This document shows positions 55,286-64,000 of a DNA stretch of 64,000 bases, piece after piece; the stretch's first letter is position 1, and each line of letters starts with the position of its first letter. The stretch spans positions 1,280,001 to 1,344,000 of the forward strand of contig CAVYGB010000008.1 in the NCBI GenBank assembly GCA_963767925.1, read 5' to 3'. The notes beneath the pieces are model-generated. The model was not told the DNA's origin and searched no databases. It worked only from the letters and a program-made list of their open reading frames with translations. The DNA is from an uncultured delta proteobacterium (lineage in GTDB: Bacteria; Myxococcota_A; Polyangia; Fen-1088). Made by a program: the position numbers and the translations under genes.

Positions 55286-55847
55286 ATGCGAGTTACGGGC
55301 GGGACCGACCGGGGGCGCAAGATCCGGGCGCCGCGCAGCAGCGGAACACGCCCGACCGCCTCCCGGGTGCGAGAGGCGATCTTCAACATCCTGGGACCGC
55401 CGCCCGAAGGCCCGGTCCTCGACCTGTACGCGGGCACCGGCGCCATGGGGATCGAGGCGCTGTCACGGGGCGCCCCCAGGGCGGTGTTCGTGGAGCGGGA
55501 TAGCCGGGCGCTGGCCATCCTCGGGCGCAACCTGCGCGAGCTGGGGTTCGCCGACCGGGCGCTCATCCTGGGCACCAACGTGCGCACGGCGCTGGCCCGA
55601 CTGGCTCAGGCCGAGCCGTTCGCCTGGGTGTTCATCGACCCGCCCTACGCCACCACGGAGGCCGAGCGGGCGCTGTCGTCCCTGGCGGGGAGCGACGCTG
55701 CTCGCCCCCGGCGCCGTGGTCGTCGTCGAGCACGACAAGCGCCGCGATGCCTCCCGGAGGCCGCCGGCGAGCTCAAGCTGCGTCGACCGCCGCTACTACG
55801 GGGACACGGGCGTCTCGTTTTACCGGCGGGCGACCGGTCTTGTCTGA
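55286..55847 (+). CDS. rsmD: 16S rRNA m2G966 methyltransferase (frameshifted near 3' end)
   Basis: MRVTGG, TRPT..VREAIFNIL, LDLYAGTGAMGIEALSRG, FIDPPY, VVEH, YGDT. Confidence 0.92.
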
Positions 55848-56367
55848 GCCGGGCCCCCCTGGCGCGGGGCTCCTCGCGATCTACCCGGGCTCGTTCGACC
55901 CGATCACCAACGGCCACGTCGACATCCTGCGGCGCGGGCTTGCACCTGTTCGACCGGGTGATCGTGGCCCTCGCGGCACAACGTCCGCAAGCAGCCGCTG
56001 TTCTCGCTGGCCGAGCGGGCCGAGATGGTCCGCCAGAGCGTGGGGGTCGAGGATCGCGGTGGAGATCGATTCCTTCGACGGCCTGCTCGTCGACTATGCG
56101 CGGCGGCGCGGAGCGAAGGTGGTCATCCGGGGGCTGCGCGCCATCGCCGACTTCGAGTACGAGTTCCAGTTCGCCCACATGAACCGGCACCTGGCGCCCG
56201 ACGTCGAGACGGTGTTCCTGATGACCAGCGACGACAGCTTCTACGTTTCCTCATCTCTGGTAAAAGAGGTGGCCTCCATGGGCGGGGACATCGCGCGCAT
56301 CGCGCCGGCGCCGGTCGTGGAGGCCCTCAAGACGAAGTTCGCGAACAACACGAGAAAGGGAAAATGA
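55840..56367 (+). CDS. coaD: Phosphopantetheine adenylyltransferase (internal frameshifts)
   Basis: YPGSFDPITNGH, IRGLRAIADFEYE, SSSLVKEVA. Confidence 0.93.
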   Translation: MSEPGPPGAGLLAIYPGSFDPITNGHVDILRRGLAPVRPGDRGPRGTTSASSRCSRWPSGPRWSARAWGSRIAVEIDSFDGLLVDYARRRGAKVVIRGLRAIADFEYEFQFAHMNRHLAPDVETVFLMTSDDSFYVSSSLVKEVASMGGDIARIAPAPVVEALKTKFANNTRKGK

Positions 56368-57562
56368 GACTCGCCAAACGGCTCAACGTCATTGAACCGT
56401 CGATGACCCTCAAGGTCTCCGCCAAGGCCGCGGAGCTCAAGGCCAAGGGCGTCGACGTGGTGAGCTTCGGAGCGGGAGAGCCCGACTTCGACACGCCGGC
56501 GCACATCAAGGAAGCGGCCAAGAAGGCGCTCGATCGCGGCGCGACAAAGTACACCCAGGTGGAGGGCACGCCCCAGCTGCGCAAGGCGGTGGCAGCCTGG
56601 TTCGCCAAGGCCCACGGCCTCGAGGTCTCGCCCGGCGAGGTCATGGTGAGCGCCGGCGCCAAGCAGGTCATCTTCAACGCCTTTCACGCTGTGCTCGACG
56701 AGGGCGACGAGGTCATCCTCCCGGCGCCCTACTGGGTGAGCTACTCCGAGATCGCCAAGCTGGCGGGCGCCACGTCCGGTGCCGGTGGTGTCGCGGCCCG
56801 AAGACAACTTCGTGGTCGACCCCGACGCCGTCGCCCGGGCCATCACCCCGCGCACCCGCCTGATCCTCATCGTGTCGCCCTGCAACCCGACCGGCGCGGT
56901 GTACGACGAGAAGACCCTGCGCGCCCTGGCCGATCTGGCGGTCAAGCACGACCTCTGGCTGCTGACCGACGACATCTACCGCACGCTGATCTACGGGGAT
57001 GCGCGCTTCGTGCAGCCGGCTACCTTCGGCCCCGGAGGTGCGCAAGCGCACCATCATCGCCGACGGGGTGTCCAAGGCCTTCGCCATGACCGGCTGGCGG
57101 ATCGGCTTCGCCATGGCCCCCCCCGCGGTCATCGAGGCCATGGGGACCCTGCAGGGACAGTCGACGACCAACGCGGCGGCGGTCAGCCAGGAGGCAGCGC
57201 TGACCGCCATCGAGGGTCCGACCGAGGACCTCGAGCGCATGCGCCAGGAGTTCGACCGGCGCCGGCTGTACATGCTCGGCGCCTTGCGGGCCATCCCGGG
57301 CGTCACGTGCGTCGAGCCGCGGGGCGCGTTCTACGCCTTCCCGGACCTGTCGGCCTTCAACGGCAAGCGCACCCCCGGTGGCAAGGTCATCGACGGCGAC
57401 CCTTCGCTGTGCGACTACCTGATCGAGGAGGCGCGGGTGGCGGTGGTCCCGGGCTCCTCGTTCTACGCGCCCGGCTTCGTCCGGCTGTCTTACGCCACCT
57501 CGCAGGCGAACATCGAAAAGGGTGTCTCGCGCATGGCCGAGGCCCTGGGGAAGCTGGTCTGA
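56364..57562 (+). CDS. PLP-dependent class I aminotransferase (aspartate aminotransferase-like), frameshifted
   Basis: GEPDFDTP, GAKQ, PYWVSY, SPCNPTG, DDIY, SKAFAMTGWRIG, PRGAFY, RLSYA. Confidence 0.92.
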
Positions 57563-57563
57563 C

Positions 57564-58793
57564 GTGGCGGACCGCCCGTCGATCCTGCGGCTCGCGTGGC
57601 TGGGCGCCCTGGCGCTCGGCTGCGCGGCACAGGTGTCCCCGGCCTCGGTGAACTGGGCTTCGGGCGTCCCCTCCGCGGCCGCCGATGGTCGCTGCAAGGA
57701 GCTGTACCAGGGCGGCCTGGGCACGGAGGACCTGGGGTTCTCGCTGGACGGGCTGACCGCGGGGGTGCCCCGCGACCTCGACGCCCTCGCGGCCTGGGCA
57801 GAAGGGAAGGTGACCCTGACGCCGGTGCAGGTGTTGCCACCCCCCGCCACCCTCGATCTCGCCGGGCTGACTGGCGCGACCCCCTGTCCCGATCTCGAAC
57901 CCGCTCGGCTGCTGGTGGACGGGGATCCGACCCGGCTCCGCTCGGCCCGACCGACCGGCCTCGCCGCCGCCAAGGAGGCGGCCGCGCGCGTTCACCTGGC
58001 CGCCGGCCGGTTCCCCGAGAGCCGGGCCGACTGGCAGGTGGCCGCCCGCCACGAGGGGCTCGCCCTGCCCGGGCCCGCGCTGGCGGTGGCGGCCAGCTAC
58101 GCCGAGGAGGGCCGCTTCGCCGAGTCGCTCGTTATCTACCAGGAGGTCGGCCAGCGCTTCCCCTGGAGCCCGGAGGCCCAGGCGGGCGCCGGGCGATCGC
58201 TGCGCGCCCTCAACCGCCGGGTGGAGGCGGTCGAGGCCTGGGGCCGGAGCCTGGCCCTGCGGCCGCGCGCCCCCGATCTGCGCGCCCGGGTGGCGGCCGA
58301 TGCCTTCGCCGAGGTGACGCCCCCCCTGGGGCCACCTGCCGGCCGCTTCGAGGACGGAGGGCAGGTGCGCTGGGTGCTGCTGGCGAGCCCCGACCGCGAT
58401 CCGGCCAACCCACACGTTGTCGCCGAGGCGGCGGCCTACGCCTCCTGCAAGGAGGCCTTCCGGACGTCGCCCGATCTACGCCGCGCCGCCACCGGCCGGG
58501 AGATGGCCCGCTGGCTCTGGACCCCCGCCGAGGAGAGCGTCTGCGCCGGGCTGTGGCTGCGCACCTACCTGCGCAACCGGGGGCAAGGTCGCGCCGCCGA
58601 CGCTGGCCTGGACGATCTGGTCGAGATCGCCCGGGAGGGCCTGCTCGAGGAGCGGGCCATCGCCGACGTGGGCGCCTGGGTCCACCAGGCCGCGCCCTTG
58701 CTGCTGGAGCCGCCCCGCCGCCAGCGGCTGTTCGCCTTCGTGGAGAAGTACCGGGTAGGCCCCCGGCGCGACGCCGGCTGGCTCTTCCCCTGA
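57564..58793 (+). CDS. TPR-containing lipoprotein
   Basis: LALGC lipobox; TPR-like helices (YAEEGRFAESL..FPWSPEAQ..RRVEAVEAW). Confidence 0.65.
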   Translation: MADRPSILRLAWLGALALGCAAQVSPASVNWASGVPSAAADGRCKELYQGGLGTEDLGFSLDGLTAGVPRDLDALAAWAEGKVTLTPVQVLPPPATLDLAGLTGATPCPDLEPARLLVDGDPTRLRSARPTGLAAAKEAAARVHLAAGRFPESRADWQVAARHEGLALPGPALAVAASYAEEGRFAESLVIYQEVGQRFPWSPEAQAGAGRSLRALNRRVEAVEAWGRSLALRPRAPDLRARVAADAFAEVTPPLGPPAGRFEDGGQVRWVLLASPDRDPANPHVVAEAAAYASCKEAFRTSPDLRRAATGREMARWLWTPAEESVCAGLWLRTYLRNRGQGRAADAGLDDLVEIAREGLLEERAIADVGAWVHQAAPLLLEPPRRQRLFAFVEKYRVGPRRDAGWLFP

Positions 58794-58821
58794 CCGACAC
58801 CCAGGCCGGCCAGGGAATCGG

Positions 58822-60270
<1,449 letters not shown>

Positions 60271-60604
60271 TAAACCGTCACAAGCGTGAGGGACAGTACA
60301 AGGCTTTGGCAGTGTCGCATTTTTTCCGGCGAGCGGTCAAGCCGCGCACCGCCGGTTGCTTTCGCGAGTGCCCTCGCCATTCCTCCCGCCGGCTCCCGCC
60401 GGTTTGCTCCCGCGGTTTCCTCGCTGCGTCCTCGTCACGGCCCGGCCGCGCTTCAGCCGCGTCGCTCCCGGCATCCTCCCGGCTTGGCCCCCGGCGCCGC
60501 CCCTATCATCGCGTGACAGGGCGCCCGGGAGGTGCGGGCCGCGACCGCTCGATGGTCTCGATCCTCGTCTTGATTCCCCGTCCTGGCGTGCATAGATAGA
60601 CGGG

Positions 60605-62351
60605 ATGGTTGACCCCGTGTCGACGCTCGTTCTGGCGATCGAGAGGGAGACGGCGCTGCTGCCGGCCGGGAAGCTGTTCCCGGCGCGGCCGGGGGCCCGT
60701 CTGCCCGAGCGGCTCGCCGAGGCCTGCGGCCGGGCGATCCCGGGCGGGCGTGTCGGCGTTTTTCGCACGTTACGACGGGGCGGTCTTCGCCCGCGAGGTG
60801 CGCCTGTTCTCCTTCGAGGAGAGCCTGCGGCTCAAGCGGGATCCCCGCCGCTCGGGCGAGCTCAAGGGTCTGTGGCCGATCGTCGAGCGGCACGGGCGCC
60901 TGTTCGCGCTCGACGCGGAGTGCCTGGGTCCCGAGGGCGAGTGGCCGGTGGTCGAGCTGGCCGACCGCAGCGTCGACCGGGCGGGCAGCACGCTTCCTCC
61001 GCTACCTGCACGCGCTGCTCGCCGACATGGCGGCAGGGTCGGAGAGCGACGAAGCTGACCGGGCCGAGGAGCGTTGCCGGCGCGATCCCGCGCTGGCCGA
61101 GCACTGGGTCGACTGGGTCGAGCTGCTCGATCGATCGCGGGCAGGTCGACCAGGCCGACGAGGCGCTGTTCGAGGGGCTGCGCAGCTCCAACCCGCTCGG
61201 GCCCGCGCTGCTCATGGCCGCCGCCCTGCGCGCGGTCGACCGCGGCGATCGCGACGCGCTCGAGCGGGCGATCCAGGACGCGCTCGAGATCGAGCCGCTG
61301 ACGGCGCGCGACGACGATGCCCGCCTCGACGCCGCGGCGGTGGCGCTCGTGCTGGCCCAGGAGCAGGGCGCCCGGGTGGCGCTGGCCAAGGCCCGCGAGC
61401 TGCTCGGCACCGCCGCCTCCTCGACCGGGGCCTACTGGCGGGGAGAGGCGATCCGGGCCCTGTCCGCCGGTCGAAAGGCGCGCGCCGATCTGGCGCTCTC
61501 GGTCGTCCTCGTCCCTGGTGCCCGACGATCTGGACGTGGCGCGCCTGCGCTCTGCGAACCCGCTGTCGACCGACGCTCTGGCGCGCGCTGTCGCGGGGCC
61601 GGGACGCGCTCGACCGGGGCGCCTTCGACGACGCGCTCTCGCGCGGCGCGCAGCGCGGTGCTCGAGCTGCGCCGAGCTGGGGCTGGCCCACGCGCTGCTG
61701 GCCGAGGTGCTGAACGCCCGGCGCGAGCGCGGCGGGCTGGAGGCCGCCCGGCGGGCGGCCGATCTGAACCCGGCCTTGATCGAGGCCTGGCGGGAGCTGG
61801 GCGACGGCTACCTCGAGCAGCGGCAGGCGGCCAAGGCCGAGGAGGCCTACCGCGAGCTGTGCCGCCGCGACCCGGGCAGCGGCCTGGGGCTGGCCAAGCT
61901 GGCGCAGGCGCAGCTCGAGCAGGGCCGCACCCGGGAGGCCCTCGAGACGGTGGAGAGCGCCGCCGAGCGGGGCGGGGACGTGTTCTTCGTCAACGCCGTC
62001 CGGGGCGACGTGCTGGCCGAGATGAGCCGCCACGTCGAGGCCGCCGAGGCCTACGATCAGGCGCTGGTTGTCGAGCCGGAGGACCACTGGGCCCTGCACC
62101 AGGCCGCCCTCGAGCACAGCCGGGCCGGCAACAATGACCGGGCCATGGAGCTGTTCGAACGGGCCATCGCCTTCGACCGCGAGGGCTGCCACCAGACGCT
62201 GGTCGACTACGCCGATCTGATGCGCCGGCTGGGCCGCATCGGCGACGCGGTCCGCCTGTACCGGCGGGCGGTGGCGGCGGTCCCCAACGATCCGGAATGG
62301 CGGCAGGTGCTCCGCGAGGCCGAGCGCGAGCTGCAGTCCGCCCCGAACTAG
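60605..62351 (+). CDS. SMI1/KNR4-like N-terminal domain plus TPR repeats (multiple frameshifts)
   Basis: FFARYDGA..RLFS..LFALD..EWPVV segment; C-terminal TPRs (AWRELGDGY, AAEAYDQALVVEP, AVRLYRRAVAAVPND). Confidence 0.6.
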
Positions 62352-62382
62352 TCGGGCCCGAGCGAAGCGAGGGACCCGACTA
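62350..62382. repeat. REP-like hairpin between convergent genes
   Basis: tagtcggg..cccgacta arms around gagcgaagcgaggg. Confidence 0.5.
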
Positions 62383-62405
62383 CTTCGAAGACAGTCCCTA
62401 GTCGC

Positions 62406-62813
62406 TCAGGGCAGGGCGCTGGCCTGGGCGGCGAGCTGGTCGAGCTCGGACTGCTTGAGCTCGCGGGTCTCGGCGTAGGCGATGCCCACCACCGCCCGAA
62501 CCGCACCCTGGGCGTCGTGCACGGGGAAGGCCACCGCGGCCTGAGCGTTGACCGCCTTGGCGCCCGGGCGGACGCGGCCGGTGCTGTCGTCCTTGATGTT
62601 GCAGGTGGAGATGGGCTCGTTGTGCTCGAAGGCCAGCCCCGCCATGCCCTTGCCGCGGGGGACCTGCCGGACGATCTCCATCACGGGCGGGGGGATGTTG
62701 ACCGCCGCCGCGAGGGTGAGCAGGTCGCCCTCGCGCTGGTGGACGGTGCCGGCGACGCCGCCGTTGTCGCGGACGAACTTTTCCAGCCAGACCTGGGTGG
62801 GGGAAGCCAACAT
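62406..62813 (-). CDS. Single GAF domain protein
   Basis: LTLAAAVNIP, GKGMAGLA, AVAFPV..VVGIA; TATAAT 6 nt upstream of the ATG. Confidence 0.8.
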   Translation of the reverse strand: MLASPTQVWLEKFVRDNGGVAGTVHQREGDLLTLAAAVNIPPPVMEIVRQVPRGKGMAGLAFEHNEPISTCNIKDDSTGRVRPGAKAVNAQAAVAFPVHDAQGAVRAVVGIAYAETRELKQSELDQLAAQASALP

Positions 62814-62820
62814 GTCCGGA

Positions 62821-64000
62821 TTATACCGAGGTGCCGCCGCGGGCGGCGATCAGACGTCGGGTCCACAGGTCGCCGAGCTTCTCCTGGACCGTGTTCTGGC
62901 CCAGGCGCTCGGCCAGGTGGGCCCAGTCGACGGTGTCCTGGGGCTGGTCCTGGTTGAAGCAGGAGAAGACGAACACCTCCTTGCCGCTCGTCGGGTCGAC
63001 TTGCCGCTGCAGGCACTGGGCGCAGACCTCTTTCATCATGCACTGCATGGGCGAGTTGATGGAGGCGATGGCCACGTGGCCAGGAGACATGAATGGCCGC
63101 AACACGCCGTGGCGGGAGCGGGCGACCGCGGCCATCATCCGATCGCTGCCGATGGCGATGATGCGCCGGCAGTCGGTAAGCGAGACGAGCTGCCGGTCCG
63201 AGCTCACCCCGGGCGTGGGCCAACATCGCCTCGACGATGTTTCCCCGGAAGACGTGATCGCCGGGACGGCGGGCCTCCGGCAGCTCGCCGCTGTCGACGC
63301 TCCAGATGACCTCGTCGGTGGCCGCCTCGATCTCGTCGACCTTGTAGATGTCTTCCTTCTTTCGGTAGCCGGCGAAATACAGGACCCGGCAGCCGCTGTC
63401 GCGCATGGCCCGGGCGATGGAGAACAGCACCGCGTTGCCCAGCCCCCCGCCACACAACACGACCGCTTCCCCGTGCGGGATCTCGGTCGGCGCGCCGGTG
63501 GGACCCATCAGCACCACCGGCTCGCCAGGCCGCAGGCGGGCGCAAAGCCGGGAGCTCGACCCCATCTCCAGCACGATGAGCGAGACCAGGCCCCGGTCCT
63601 GGTCGACCGAAGCGCCCGTGAGGGCCAGGCCCTCCATCTGCAGCCGGGTGTCTGGACCATGGCCGTTGCAGGTCATACGGGGCGACAGGCTCTCGTAGTT
63701 CTGCAGGCGGAAGAACTGGCCGGGCTGGAAGCGGCGAACCGCGGCGGGGGCGGACACCACCACCTCGACGATGGTGGGGGTGAGGCGGATGACCTCGTGC
63801 ACGGTCGGCCGCAGGTCCCGGTCGAGCCGGGCCACGAAACCTTCCCAGGCGGTCTCCCGGGCCGGCTGATCGTCCGGGCGCTGGCCGGCCAGCTCGTGGG
63901 CGAACAGGGCAGCGACGTGGGGGTAGCCATCTTTGGCCGAGGCCATGGCCTTGACCACGGACCCCGCGTACACGGGGTGGTTGTCGCCGTAGTAGGTGAT
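62821..64000 (-). CDS. Large FAD/NAD oxidoreductase, C-terminal ferredoxin-reductase-like/2Fe-2S part (5' outside window; frameshift near 63205)
   Basis: FQPGQFFRLQ, MGPTG, GGGLGNA, IAIGSDRMM, SPMQCMMKEVCAQC..FSC. Confidence 0.8.

Noticed and set aside
60300..60390. sigma54-like TGGC motifs upstream of the second NtrC gene
   Set aside because: GG-to-GC spacing is 7 or 11 nt instead of the required 10.

Overview
A very GC-rich bacterial chromosomal window, probably Myxococcota. That assignment is inferred from gene content (Ser/Thr kinase with PEGA domain, two sigma54 NtrC-type regulators, ECF/zf-HC2 pair, TPR lipoproteins, rsmD-coaD-aminotransferase order). It is mostly housekeeping: dnaG-rpoD, rlmI-like methylase, radC, recQ, an amino-acid ABC transporter, miaE, acnA, a two-component system, bolA-grxD, uvrA, RNase P RNA, tRNA-Ile2(CAT), uppP, birA-nadC and rsmD-coaD-aminotransferase. 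A ~21 kb surface-glycan locus (31.4-52.7 kb) carries four DegT aminotransferases, two Gfo/Idh/MocA oxidoreductases, two acetyltransferases, three GT2s, an ATP-grasp/HAD pair and three polytopic GT-C-like proteins. No CRISPR array, transposase, integrase or prophage was seen. Many single-base frameshifts cluster in rpoD, uvrA, the zinc-ribbon gene and 53-63 kb and are most likely assembly errors. Best leads: (1) a His-rich beta-propeller lipoprotein coupled to a TsdA/SoxA-like His/Cys diheme cytochrome that lacks the thiosulfate-binding basic residues; (2) a structured recQ leader with an SD followed by a CTG start; (3) a flippase/polymerase-free glycan locus resembling lipid-phosphate monosaccharide transfer; (4) recurrent leaderless promoters; (5) a sigma54 promoter on radC; (6) helically phased 11-bp repeats at the glycan operon promoter; (7) a possible ~28 kb inversion separating rpoD from tRNA-Ile2/rnpB. 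All family calls come from motif recognition by eye; no searches were run.
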